DNA of 63,853 bases, counting the filler, from Reticulomyxa filosa (Eukaryota > Protista > Foraminifera): assembly GCA_000512085.1 (NCBI GenBank). It is 16 parts of 16 records of this genome, joined end to end, with 100 filler letters (N's around TTAATTAATTAA, not from the genome) between each part and the next. Parts side by side here need not be neighbours in the genome. Positions count along the whole stretch, not along the records: positions 1 to 3,085 come from ASPP01013025.1; positions 3,186 to 21,005 come from ASPP01008587.1; 14 more parts are not named here. One strand, 5' to 3'. A program made the position numbers and the translations under genes. Within the stretch, counting starts at the first letter, position 1. The number at the start of each line of letters is the position of its first letter. Shown here one piece after another: positions 1 through 13,700 of this stretch. The notes beneath the pieces were generated by a model. The model saw only the letters and a program-made list of their open reading frames with translations, was not told where the DNA came from and made no database searches.

Positions 1-20
1 AAAAAAAAAAAAAAAATTAG

Positions 21-1645
21 ATAACACCGTCGTGTTCAATTCGTTCTTATCAATCTTCTTGTTCCATTCGAATCTATGGAAACCAAGACAGTTTGTTTTT
101 TTTTTTTTATGTCCCCCTTTTCCCCCCTTTTTTTTTTTTTGAAAACTACTTTTCTAATTTGTTGCGGAAAGAGAAAATGTGCACAGTTTTTTCTTGTCCA
201 AAAAAAAAAAAAATAAAAAAATTTCCTTTGCAAATTTTTAAAAAAAAAAAAAAAAAAATTGAACTGTTTGGTGGAGAACGTAACAATGTCAGATAAACTT
301 TGAAAAATACACAAATGGATATTATAGTCTGTGTGGCAGCAGGTGAAATGCCGCTCTCGTCCACGCAAAAGGCACCTGTCATGTGGCAAATTGCAAAGGC
401 GTTTACCGACTTTGCCCGAAGACATCGCTGTTCGTACTACATACATGTTTTTTTTTTTGTGTATATGTATGTAATCCCTCTTGGATGATATGGCGTGAAA
501 AAAAAAAAAAAAAAATAGATACGAACAAATAGGTAAGCACGTGGTGATAGTAGAAGGCTTACCGGTGGAAAATGAGTTGGACAAGGAGATCAAAGAGCTG
601 GCCAAGAAAGAGGGTCTGATGATCGAGCAAGAAGACAATGACAACGAAGAGGCCCATGACAACGGTTACAACGATATCACGATGGATAGTCTCGGGGCGG
701 AAGAAGATGAAGAAGATGAAGAAGATGAAGATGAAGATGAAAATGAAAATGAAAATGAGGACGAGGATCAAGATCAAAGCAAAGATAAAGAAAAAGGTAA
801 AGGTAAAGGCAAAGGCAAAGGCAAAGGCAAAGCGGCACAAAGCACCTCCGATGAAAACCAAACGTCTCCAGCCGGCCCGAAAAAAAACAAACGGAAGAGA
901 CATAAAAATAAAAACAAAAACAAAAACAAAAATAACAACAATGAAGATAAAGACAAAGAAGAAAAGAAAGAAGAAGAGAAAGAAAAAGAGAAAAAAGAAG
1001 AAGAAGAAGAAGAAGAAGAAGAAGACAAAGAGGTAATGGATCCTCAAACAACAGTACGCTATGTCACTTGCTGCGATGAGATTGCACAAAAATTGTATGA
1101 ACTGGGCCACAGACCTATTAAAACTGGCCAAATCATTGGCATGACAGGTTTCTTTTTATTGAATCTTTTGATTGGTTGAAACATCACTACCCCCCCTTTT
1201 TTTATATTGTAAACGAGTTACTAAATGATATATTCATTTCACATATAACTTGTAAGGTGCAATGCTTGCCATGTCCACCACTTTGCCGTGCGATGATCCA
1301 CCATTCACTGGTAATGTTCAAAATGTAGTGTTTGTCTGATCGTTTTCAAATGGATTGGGACGAACATTTCCAAAGTGTGTGACTTGTATATGTTCCTTTT
1401 TTTTGCAATGTACAGCGTTACTGGCCCCCGATCCGGTCAAACTCGTCGATCAAAGGGGCGCGTTGCTTGCCGTCAAACTGTTGCGAGACTTGTTTGAACT
1501 GAAATTCGATATCACCAACTTAGAAAAAGAGGCAGAAAAGATTCAGAAAAAAACCAAAGACGCCATTGCGCAAATCACCGAACAAATTCACAGCCAATTG
1601 GAACACTTGAAACCTGGACCCCCTCCACAACATATGTATATGTGA
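21..1645 (+). CDS. Proteasome assembly chaperone, PAC2/PbaA-PbaB family, 5' partial, with a large acidic/Lys-rich insertion
   Basis: Phase-consistent GT-AG exons 21-90, 328-429, 533-1147, 1257-1310, 1416-1645. They give SIRIYGNQD..GEMP..HVVIVEG..GQIIGMTGAML..ALLAP..VDQRGALLAVKLL..FDITNLEKEAEKI and a C-terminal MYM (HbYX). Confidence 0.75.
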
Positions 1646-2530
1646 TCAAAGTTCAATGACGTTTCTTTTTTTAAAAAAGGAAACATAGAGTCACGTTCTA
1701 GGGTTTCATTGAATTATAGTCAAAGGCTCTGCTTTTCTTTTCCATTTCCCTTCTTTCCTTTTTTTTTTTGTTTTCCCTCAATGGTTTTTATTTCCAATTT
1801 AAAAACTTTTCTTTTAGAGTTTGAATGTGATTTAGATCGTCTTTTGAATAATTTGAAACCTTTACATAGATTTACAAGTAGAACATACAACAACAACAAA
1901 ATATCTCGCAAAAGAGCTTCTTTGTATACTTAAGGCCGTAACTCATAAATCTGCTATTAAAATAGAGTTATATATTTTTTTGAGAGGATTATCATAACCA
2001 ATTGTAAAGTTTATTTTGTTGAAAAATGGTAATCTTAAGAAACAAGAGAAAGAAAGCAACAAGTTTTTTGAAATGATTGAAATATACTGCAAAACATAAA
2101 CAATTACTTTTGAGGCAACGTGTAGGGGTCTTATTTTTCACACAAACATAATTTTTAAAATGAGTTGGGCGACATTTGGCTTTCTTTTTTTTTATAAACA
2201 AAATAAATCAAAGTTAATGCGTGCAAACAAGGGCAAAGTAGAAAAATAAAATCAATAATTTGTGGATGCAAAGATTTAAGAAACTCTTTTCAGCTCTGAA
2301 ACAATTAATATTTAATATTTATAATTTAGAGTTTTTATTCTTTCTTCTAAGTAAGAAGACATTAGGAGCAAAAAACAAAGATTTAAATGGTGAGCATAAT
2401 TTTGGAAGTTTTCAAGTTAAGAAAAAAAAATATTTGGAGTCGATCACCCCCTGAAAAATAGAATTTTAAGACCCTTTGGGGCTCCTAAACAATCTATTAC
2501 TTATTCCCTTGTTTTTTTTTTTTTGATCAG

Positions 2531-3033
2531 ATGGGTAATTTATCAACCACAGAGCCAGAAAAGAAGCAGGAAACCTTCAATAGTAAGGTCAAAGTGGAGC
2601 ATACTTTTGACATTTTTGTTGGTTGGGACTGTACGTAGTGGAAAGTCGACACTTTTGAGAGCAATTCAACTGGTCACGAATGTAGAGACGAAAGCGAAAG
2701 AAGCACGCCAACTTATTTGGATGTTCATGATTAATTCTACTATAACGCTAGCAAGCGATTCACATGTCAAAAAAATCATTAACATGCGTTTTTGCAAATT
2801 TTTTATTATTAGATCTCAAAAAAAAAAAAGATTATTTTTTTGTATATTTATTTTGGACAGTTATCACACGAGACCAATTCTACAAAGGAGTTAAATATGT
2901 CTCAAGTCGAAACGCTGATTTCATTTGTAAATTCAGCAAAGACAGAAATTTTTTCAGAACAACTGAAAAAATTGAGTGATGCAATTTCAAGTTTGTGGTC
3001 TTTGAAATCAATAAAACTTAGTTACAAAAAGAG
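2531..3033 (+). CDS. Divergent heterotrimeric G-protein alpha subunit, N-terminal part (3' truncated by contig end; one homopolymer frameshift near 2605)
   Basis: MGNLS myristoylation-type start, P-loop LLVGTVRSGKSTLLRAI, and helical-domain motif LSDAISSLWSLKSIKLSYKKR in the next exon. Confidence 0.7.
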
Positions 3034-3052
3034 GTTATAAAAAAGAAAAACG

Positions 3053-3085
<33 letters not shown>

Positions 3086-3185
3086 NNNNNNNNNNNNNNN
3101 NNNNNNNNNNNNNNNNNNNNNNNNNNNNNTTAATTAATTAANNNNNNNNNNNNNNNNNNNNNNNNNNNNNNNNNNNNNNNNNNNN
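3086..3185. other. Artificial contig spacer (first of 15)
   Basis: 44 N + TTAATTAATTAA (stops in all frames) + 44 N. Identical 100-nt spacers start at 3086, 21006, 23892, 25528, 28301, 31728, 33283, 35008, 45334, 48817, 52148, 55674, 58196, 60843 and 62043. Confidence 0.99.
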
Positions 3186-4307
3186 GAAAGCTCTGATTAA
3201 AAAAAAAAAAAGGGGCTAAACTGAAGTTCAATAAAACATGGGTGTAACGCGAAATTTTCCCCAACAGACAAGGCATGGCTTGCTTCAATTTGGATTGGTA
3301 AAACTCGTGGACGACAATTGGAGTAAACATGTCATCCTTCAACACTTTATGCACCACCAAAATCAATGAGAGCTCTTCTGGTTGGTTTTCATTCTCACGC
3401 AATGCTGTCATCACACGTCGAACCAATTCCGGCAACAATTGCTTCACATTTACGTCCGTTAAAAAAGCCAATGCCAATTTTCGCCTTGATACAGTGGGTC
3501 ACAAGCATACATATATACACACCATCTCCTACGTAACAACAACTTACATTACGTGCCGTACAAAGAAGGCATTTGTTCCGTACTTGTATTTTTTATTTTT
3601 AGCAGTTTTAAAAAAATTTTATATAAAATATTTAAAAAAATGTCTGGCAAAGTCAAACACGCCACAATTCTTACCAATTGGTTTGTTTCGGCTCTGCTTC
3701 ACTGCATTCGCTTTTCATCGATTCATTCGATACCTTCTTTTCATTACTGCTGTCAACGCTCACTGAGGAGAAATCTTTGCTTGGTTGGACTCTCGAGCTT
3801 GACTCACTGGAGGTGTTGACAACTTCCTTTGACTCGTCCAATGGATCCATCTTTTTTGTTTTTTTAGTTATATTTTTTTTTTGAGTAATAACACAATATA
3901 ATATAATTACAGTTAATATGGATAATAACTACATGTACATATATTTTTTTTAATTAGCAAAATTCAACTAGTTTTCTTTTCAAATCTCTTTTTTTTACGT
4001 GTTGAACACAAACAAACCCATTCGACAAAACTTTTTGGGCATTTTCAATTGATCCTTTTACGACAAATATTTTTAATGACATTCGTTGCTCTTGCTCTGC
4101 ACAACTGAAAGCGTCATCAAAATCAGTTGGGTTGGATATTGTCAACTTGTCCAATTCTTCGTCTTCAAATTGTAAATAATAGGCATTTGATCCTAATTTA
4201 AATGATTTCTCCACAAATGCTAACAAATCATTGTAGCGGTCTTTTGTTGGATAGTGCCATCTTCGTATATCTTTTCCATATATGACTTTGACTTTAATTT
4301 CCGTCAT
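3186..4307 (-). CDS. PB1-domain protein (p62/NBR1-like N-terminus), 3' truncated
   Basis: Exon 1 has the basic IKVK..DIRR motif and the acidic OPCA motif QFEDEELDKLTISNPTDF. Further exons at ~3846-3679 (Ser-rich) and ~3498-3221. Confidence 0.75.
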
Positions 4308-4710
4308 CTCCTTAGTTGTTTTTTTTTTCTCTTGCCTCTAACACGTTTAAAATGTCGTTCAAATTTTTGCTTGTTTGTGAAAAAACAACAAAGTTTTTAC
4401 TTTATGAAACCCCTTGTTCTTGCTCAAATATTTCCAAGTTTTACGACTTAAAGTGTGAAAAGTAGTGTATTATTTCTCTGCAACAAAGCGAGTTCTTTTT
4501 GAAATGTGTTGAATACATGTTTTCATTTTTTAGAAACGATATATGACGATTTTATTTGAAAAAATAAGTCGATACATACTGTAACAACGAATACGTTACT
4601 CCAAAAGAGTTATTTTTTAAAGTTCTTTCGACTCGAATATAATTGTACAACGTCTTTATACAACAATGGTTAAAAAAAAAGACCGTTTTATCTGTCTATT
4701 TTTGATTTGT

Positions 4711-7700
4711 TCACTGTTTGTTCGGTTGTGTGTCCGCTAGTTCCACATGAGCTCCCAAATCTTGCGATGAGATATGTTTCTCGAGCTTGTCTAAAACATT
4801 ATTGTCGGCATTAGCAGAGGGTTGAGGCTGATCATTTTTGTCGTCTTCCTCCTCTTCTTTATTTTCTGATTCCTCATCTGCATTGTCTTCAGAATTTAAG
4901 TTTGGATCATCGGGCACAAGTTGTTTTCTTTCAACTTGGGATAACAACAACTTTGAATTAGCAAAGAAATATGATTCATTCACGTCCTCAGGCTATTCAA
5001 AGCAATATTTATAAAAGCAAACAAGATATTTTTCTTTTTTTTTTTCCCCCTCGTTTATTTCCAATGACAAAATTTTGTTAGCACTTAACATCATATCGCA
5101 ATACTTTGACAACTTGTAAGACCAGGTCGAACAATGGTTGCCAAACGAATAAAGATAACAAGAAGCCAATAAATATGGACATGAGCCAGCGACTAACTGA
5201 TTGTCGGAACGCAAAGCCATCTTTGCTGTTCAAAGTCGAGCTGTCCACACGTTGCAAGTAATCGACCATGGAGCGTTGAGTTTGTTCATACTGCGTTACA
5301 TTTTCGTCATGAATATCGATCTGATTGATGCACATGCTTGTTGTCGCAGGATCATTATACGAGTTAGCCGCGTTTCTCGACATGTCAAATCGAACAACAA
5401 AGATCAGCGTGATAATAGCACAAACGATAGTCCACACGACAGTGAAGCCCCACGCAGCATATTTGCACCAGTGGAACCAGGAATATTGTTTGTCCATGAT
5501 CTTGCGACGAAGGGCGGTAGCGGCCAAGTACTTTTGTTCTGCAGTGATGAGCGCTTCAAGCTCTACGGTATTTGTGTCTCCCGTCTGTGTGCCAGTTTGT
5601 GCACCATCAGTGGTTTGTACTGGCTGTTCGTCGATTGTAGTCTCCAAAATACGTGTCAATGTTTCAATGTCCATGTTTGCAAAATCGGTGGGTTTCCATT
5701 TGGTCGTCAGACGTTTGTCGCGTTCCGTCATTTGGTCCAAAGAGCGCACGCTCAATGCCTTCAGCATGCTCGGTGGGGCAGGACTTGTTCCGGCAGGTCC
5801 ATCGGGTTCATGTTCTGCATTCAACACCATTTTGGCGGAAGGAGATCTTGCCTCGCCCGGAGTAGAGGTATTTGACATCAACGTATACATTTGATCATCT
5901 TCCTCCTCCTCCTCTGCATTTCCATCCTCGATTGCGGCCACTTTAATCTTGTCTGCATTTGCTGAGGCTTGGTTTGCGTCTGTAAATGCGGTTACTTTGA
6001 TATCATTATTGCCAGGTCCGGCGTCGGTTGTGCCAGGGATAGCCTCGCCAGGAGGACCATCATCTTCCTGTTCACCATCGGTCGCACTGTTGGTCGCTTT
6101 CATGTACTCTTGCTCTTGCAATTCGATGACTTTGAGCAGGTTTTGCGTGGCTTGCATTTGAACATCATCGTCCTCCTTTTCGGAGCGCTCTTTGTTTTTG
6201 TATCGCTTGAAGCAGAACTTGATCAAGATCAAAGGCATTTGAATCAAAGAGGCATAAAAGGAAATAACCCAATCATTGCCCCAAGGGTTGGTAGGATTGC
6301 CATAAAATAGACCGTTGGCCGCAGTCAATGTAAACAATTTGGCCAAGAATCCCGCCAATCTGGCTTGTCGACGATAACCAGTGCCTTTGTAACGGAAAAA
6401 TAATCCAATGACCATGTGGTCACATCGGATAGCAATGTACCAGAGTTTCAATACTTTCCACCAGAAAATTTCATTGCTGCGTAATATCTTGGTTTCCAAG
6501 CCGACTCGGAAGTCATACCAATTGGCATCTCGGAAGTGTTGCCACACACCACGACTGTGAGAAACCAGCGGCTTGTCGTTGACGTCTGGAGCAACGTAGA
6601 GCAGGATGCCAAACACGGCAAATGCGACCAAGACCAAAATCCATCCTGCTGGATACTTGGCCAAGTTGGTGGCGTTGATTGCTCGGAACGAGTTAAGCTT
6701 TACGTAGTTAATGTTCGGAGTGAATGTTCTGTGTTTAAGACTGAACGGCGTTGTGTGATTGCATACGCAAATGACCGAATTGTCGGACGTGTTTCGATCT
6801 CGCACATAGCATCCATAGCCATCCCATTCATTCGTGGTTGTGTTGTAAAATACGCAACTCGGATACGAGACAGAGGGATCACTGTAATCCGCCCACTCCT
6901 TGTTTTGGATTTTGATAATGGCAGGATTGCATATATCGGAGAATGACAGACCGTCATTGATGCTAGTGTCTCCATAAGAAAGATTGAAGGCTCGATACAA
7001 TGGAATCGTGACGTTCACGTCGACGACGATGCCCGTGAAGTTGTCATCTTGCTCGTGTCCGGGATTGAATGGATTCACATTGCTGGATATCACACCACAG
7101 TCCACATTCGAGCTGTAATTTTGAAAGGTTTGGAATGCCGAGTTGGGCAAAGCAACAGTGTCACTGCAGCTGGTCGAGTCCGTCACACCCGAAACTTGGT
7201 CCGTGTCGTTGCTCGTTGTGACACGAGTCACGGTCACATTGAGAACAGGCGTTGTCACTGTTACTGTCTCTCCGGTCACAGCGGTGGCGGCTGTCAGCTG
7301 TCCAATGTTTTGGGCGAGATTAACAAATGTTAAGCCCAATGAAGAGGCATTCACCTTTGCACATCCAAAGTTGTTGAGAATATTGCCGACCGTGGCCAGT
7401 CCATTGGTGGCCGTGTCGGTGTCCAATGCGGTTTGCGTTTCTCCTGAGTCGACGATCAACTGGGTTGCAGTCGAGACAAGATTTTGTGTTATGTTGAGAG
7501 CCGATTTGGTGATAAGGACGTGCTGAGGATCTGCTGCGCTGTTCGAAGCGACCGTGCTTGCGCTTTGACCTGTAGTGCTGCCATCAGAATTGGTCAATGG
7601 AATATTATAGCTTTCACACACACTGCCAATGCTGTTGGTGACAGCAGACATCACGGTCAGTGATCCTGTGATGTCGGGCAACGTCTGTGGATTCAAGGCT

Positions 7701-10700
7701 TGAATAGCGTTCAATGCGTATGCCACAATTTGATAGGACAAGTTGACCAATAGCTGCACGTCATTGTTGTTGATGCCGCGGAGCTGCTGCAAGTATGGAG
7801 TCAGCTGTTGCACTGCAAGACTTGCGTTCAGCAAGGCTTCGCTTGCATTCTTCGCGGTTAGATGTGCGTTCGGATTTATGAAACCGGGCACCAAAGTATT
7901 GACGAATGCCTGCGGTTGGATTGTGTTAAATTCCTCGCTCTGACTGACCTGCACCAGCAATTGCGTACACGTGGCCGCGCCATACATGTCGACCACAATG
8001 GCATAAATGGAGGGTGCTCCACCGGACAGACTGGTAGGATACTTTATAATGTGATTGATGGCATCATAGGTGATCTTGGTGCTTTGATTGCCGTAGGAAT
8101 TGTTTCCAGTGGTGGAGAATTTAAAATATTTGGCAGTACTGATAAAGAATCCGTTAATCTCAAAGTTGAAATAAAGGTTCTTTGATTGCGGACTGCTGTC
8201 TCGCCAAGTGTCATTACAATACAAAGTGAACACAGTATCCAAGGCCTGTCCTTGGGTCGGGGAAATGGAACATGATCCATTTTGTGGCGGGGCGTTTCCT
8301 GCAAAGTCAACGAAGTTGTATCCCGCCGACGTAACTTGCGATCCTTGTAATGTTCGATACGTGATTGATGTGGATACTTGCAATTTGTACTTATGTCCGT
8401 TGACGAATAAGCCACTTCCTTGCTTGCAAATGTCTGTTGTGAACCAAGTACTTTGGTCGCTTGAGCCCGAAAACCCGGTCTTTTGATTGAAGCGGAACGT
8501 CTCTTCCACGGCGTAGTAATAGGTGGTACTGGACATCATGCGTCGAGTGGATTGCTGGTTGTTATTGCTTTGGCCTTGTATTCCAATGATACGACGTGAG
8601 TACACTAAGGAATATTGACTGGATAATTGTTGATAATTCTTCAACAGGTTGTATCCTGTTCCCGTGGTCGTGTCGTTCAAGATCCAAGAGGAGATAATGT
8701 CACTGTTTTTGATGCGGGAGTAGTTGGCAATCGAATTGGTCAAATGGGTCGTGACAGTCACTGTGAAATACAAGTTTGTGTTAATGGTCTTGTCCTTGTT
8801 CATTAATGGAATGTCGATGGTTACTGTTATGTCATTCGGCGTTATTGGTGCACTTGTCGGGGCCGAGGTCGGGGCATAGAGTTTGTATTTGTCGTAGGTA
8901 AAGTTTAAGCAAATGGAATTGCAGTCAAATCCATAAGGTCTTGAACTGATATTCTTCTTCAGATCGCAACTAAATTCGTAATAAGGGTCACAATACATTT
9001 TACTGCCCGCGCATTGGAAGGCGTCCTGTTGGCCGTGGTGATAACAGTCCAAATCCACATCTTGCGTACCACGCACAGCATAAAGGGTCAGATTGCCGCA
9101 ACTTCCTCCATAATAGGACTCCTCGGGATCGGGCTGTTGACAGTTGATAGTCGTGGTGTGCACATTGTCATATATGGATTGCGTCATGTCCAACGTCGGC
9201 GAGTACAAAGTCATGCTCGCCATGCATAGGATATTGACAGTCAACTTGAACGTTTGTCGCCTGGCGCAAGTCGAACGTGCTGAATCCGCAACTGTACATA
9301 TCTTCGCATGTTATATTTGCGGTCACTGCATTTGCAATTATTGACAACTCGGGCTCTTGTATTCGCAATTGCCAACAAGAATATCTGGTCAAGCAAGCCA
9401 TGTTCAAAGAGAACCTTGGAGTGATCAAAGTTGCAGCTCCCAACTGCCATCCATAAAAATAAGGTGAAACGGCGAGCACCTGTGCTTCGCTCGCCAGACT
9501 TGCGTCAATGTATGCATATACAAAATCATCAACATAATAGCTCACAATCGATAAAACTGCAGTGGTTGAATTTAATGACGCGGAGATTGTGGAATTCATT
9601 GCGTCGCCACCGAAAAACGCTACCGCGTTTGCTGCAAATCCGATTATTTGTTGTGAATAAGAGACCCCGGCAATGATACGACAATCACTGGCGCGAGAAG
9701 TGTCCAGACATGTGATATGAGCACCGCGATATTTTCCGGGGATATCGGCAACAAAATAGTTGAAACTTGTCATGCCCGACGCATTAAACAGTGGATCGCC
9801 ATTGTATAAGCCATCGCAATAGCTGCACATATAAGTCGGTCCTTCCGATGCATACATCCAGCAATTGTGTTCGTAGATGTTTCCACACCACATTTGAGCG
9901 TCAGAGCATTGTCCTGACTCAGTATTGCAAGTCAAGTTCATTCCGTTGAATCCATTCAATGAGTAAATTTGCATTTGCGAGCAATCGTATCCATCCTGTT
10001 CGTTAAATGGACAGTTAACCTGACAACGACTGGGATCACCGTACACCGAGGCAGCTGTTGGACAGAACACCCGAGCTGATTCGCAAGAATAAAACGAAGG
10101 ACCACACTTCAACTTCAATGATTCCGCATCGCTCACAGCAAAATTGGCTCTATTACAAGACGCTTCTCCATCCCAGCATTCTACTTCGACATGAGTCTCA
10201 TGGGAGGCCAACAGCGAACTGTATGCAAAGGCATAATCGCCCCTCACATTCAACGACATGTGCAATGGCAATTTCATGCGTACTCTTTCCAGCAATTCAT
10301 TGGTATGATTAAAATTCGTATCGTATCCGACAATCGTCATTCCATATCCAGACATGTAACCATCCAACTCGATATGGAGAGTAGACACCGTCAAGGCCTT
10401 TGCGTCTAACACAACACCTTCACAGGCCTCCTGGCCATAGCATTCCAGTCTGCAATGTTTCGCGGAACAATTCAACTGTTTGTACTGACAACTGTAGTCT
10501 CCATGACATAACAGCGTGCAATTGTTGTCATCGGTGCAAGTGGTGACTATTGAAAATACGGTCGGGGCAATGGTAGGACTGGACGTCGGAGCAACCAATA
10601 GCCAATTGGCGTACGAGTAATTAACACATATGCTGTTGGCAGGGGCACAACTATATCCTTCATAATCGATTGTGGGTTCCAACTCGCAGCTCATTTCGTA

Positions 10701-13700
10701 CTGAGGACTGCAAAAGAATTCCGAGTTTTGACAACCGAAATCGTAGTCCAACAATTGACGACGAGTAACTGCAATTCGGTGACAAGTCCAATTCACATCC
10801 TTGCTTCCGTGAATCGCGTACATCGATACATTGTAACAGGAAGGAACATCGTAGAAGCTGTAATATTGACAATCCATTTGAACAGGGGCTCTGTTATCAG
10901 GCAAGGTCTGGTTTATTATCGGTGCAAACAATGTAATATCGGCGCAACTGGCGTTATAGCTTGCACACGTAATGTTCACAATATTGGAGAGCTGGAAGTC
11001 CCATTGACTTGCTGCACAAGCACTATTTTCTAAACACGAAATGTCCACAACCATTTGGTTTTGAATATCTGTCGAGCTCACTTCCAGGTCACTCACCTCC
11101 TGAGTAAAAATTGCAGTATCTGCACACGACCAAGGAGACCAACACAACATATACAACGTTCTTTGTGGCAGCGTGATTGACATGTATCGGAATTGCTCCA
11201 TTGGATAGCCAAATGTTTGCAATGATAGACGTCTGCTAGGCCTTGCTGGGTTTTGAGTTATTAGCACCACGTTTTGTGCATATGCTGCATTTAACTGGGC
11301 TTGGTAAAAGTTTTGAGTACTTAATGCATATAATGAAATGGTTCCAATGTAATTGGCCTCAATGTTCGCCCCATTGACATCACTTGTTTCCGCTCCGTTT
11401 CGAAGACTTGTCACTCCTGCGATGATCATACACTCTTCATTCGATCCGCCATAGCAACGAATAATGGACGTGGCATATTTGAATGGATACTCGGCAATGA
11501 ACCAATTGTATCTCGGAATATTCGAAGGCAAACCCAAATCGACGCCACAAGTGCTGCAATTGTAATCTTGGTTTTCAGACAAATAGCAAAATTGATCAAA
11601 GCTTTTGCCACAATAAATGGATGCATCCGTGCATTGGGAATATACTGGATTACACATCAGATCCATCTTTGTCAATCCACCAATGTTGAATAATTGGATG
11701 TTGTCGCATGTATTGTTGGCCCCAGTGCAATCGATAAGACAGTTGCTGTTATTGTTGTACACTGCTGCTGACACTGGACAAAACACGGTCAAGGAATCAC
11801 AACTGGCGCTCGAACCACAGTTAATCTGTATACGATCTGCTTCCGACGTATAAATAGCAGCATCTGCACATCCTTGCGATGAAATGCAGCTCATACTCAA
11901 GAACAGACCATATGATCCATACACTTCACCTCCTAAAAACGCACGCTCGCCTGCCACAAGTATGTTGACAGTGATATTGTCCCCACGGTCCACACGTGCA
12001 ATCAACTCGTCCGTGTCTTTGACATAAGTCGGCGATCCATAGATCGTCATATCTTTGCCGGCGGCTGTTCCCAACAATTCAATTTCGAGTGTATGCACAG
12101 TGATGCTGTCTGCAATAATTGTAACTGAAGAGCAGGCATGGCTGCCATCACATAACACACGACAATGATGCGCTGTGCAATTCAAAATGGCATCGGAGCA
12201 GCGATAATTGCCCGTACAATTGAAAAAGCAAAAATTGGTAGAGTTGTCACACATGGGCGTAATATGCACACTAGTCGGAATCGTCGTCGGAGCCGAGGTA
12301 GGAGCGATTTCGCGATATTCTTCATACGAGTAGTTCAAGCACAAGGAGCTCGGATCATTTTTGCACGTATATCCAAGACGACTGAAACTGTCGGCTTGAA
12401 TCTCGCAGTCAAACTCGAAAAGAGGAGTGCAGTAAATGGTTGTGTTTATGCAAGCAAAGTCCCCGATCCAAGGCGTTATTTGCGATATCATGCGTCGGGA
12501 AGGTTGAATTATTCTGTCCCAACATCTCAAATTCATGTTCTTGTTTCCTGTTTGTGCGTACAAAGTCATATTCGAGCAAGTGTGGCTCATCGGTCCTGTG
12601 GAGTACTGAGAGCAGTCAATCTTCACTTGTGGGAACAAGGCCGAGTCCGTATCGTTCATGGAAGGGGCAATCAATTTCAGTCCGGTGCAAGTGCTTTCTC
12701 CATTACCACATGTCACGGTGACATTGTCGCTGTCTGTCAAGTTCCAATAACCGTTTCTGCACGCGTAATCTCCTAGACAACTGATATAGCTGTAACCACT
12801 TGAATAGGATATGGACCAAGTGGCATGGAAGTTCAGATCTTGACAACTCTTGGCCGTCTCGCAATACAATTCATACCAATTGGCACTAAGAATTGTGGCA
12901 TGTTCGAAAGTTCTTCTGTTATGTCGGTGATGCGTCTGCGCAATGACTCTCATGCCCTTTGCGAGATGCGCGTCAATATACGAATAAGCAAAGCTTTTTC
13001 TCGAGTGTCCATACAGGTATAATATGATGGGATTGCTAAAAACTGTAATGTTACTGCGAATTGCATCGGGTGTGATGTCGTCGTCCACATATCCATTGAT
13101 TCCAGCAATGACCACACAATTGACAGTGCCCTCGGTATGCCAATCGCAAAAAATATGTTTCTCACTGAATTTGTGTGGATAATCAGCAATATGATAGTTG
13201 TAGTCCGGAGTGTAGCCAGACCATCCGACAGTGGCATAGACATTGACAAAATTTAAATCATATTGGCCGCCACATGGACCAAAGTGCATCTGACAACCCT
13301 CACCGCACGAAAAATTTGCTTTCCAATAAAGCTCCAAGCCCATACCACAATAAAACTCCATTCCTCCACATCTCTCCGGATCACACCACTCATCCACATT
13401 ATCTTGCGCGCCATTGACATTCAAAATGGTCATGTTTGCGCATGATCCTTCATAATTGGTGCAGTACACATAACAGTCATCCGATGTCGGACAATACACC
13501 GTGCTTCCTGCACATTGGTCGCCTTCGGGGTAATAATAGTTCAACAAATTGCGATTGCGACGGAGAGCAGCATATCCACAATACAAGTACAACTGATCAC
13601 TGTTCGCAGTGGCGAAATGGGTATCTATACAAGATCGGTATCCTCCGCATTGCACTCTGACATCAGAATTATAAGTTGCATGAACACGTCCTCCTGCAAA

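Noticed and set aside
559-1131. Phe-rich membrane-like ORFs on - and the Lys/Met-rich alternative frame
   Set aside because: Shadows of the GAA/AAA low-complexity insertion of the PAC2-like gene.
3130-3141. Recurrent TTAATTAATTAA palindrome as a biological repeat or CRISPR-like unit
   Set aside because: Always centred in exactly 44+44 Ns; an artificial six-frame-stop linker.
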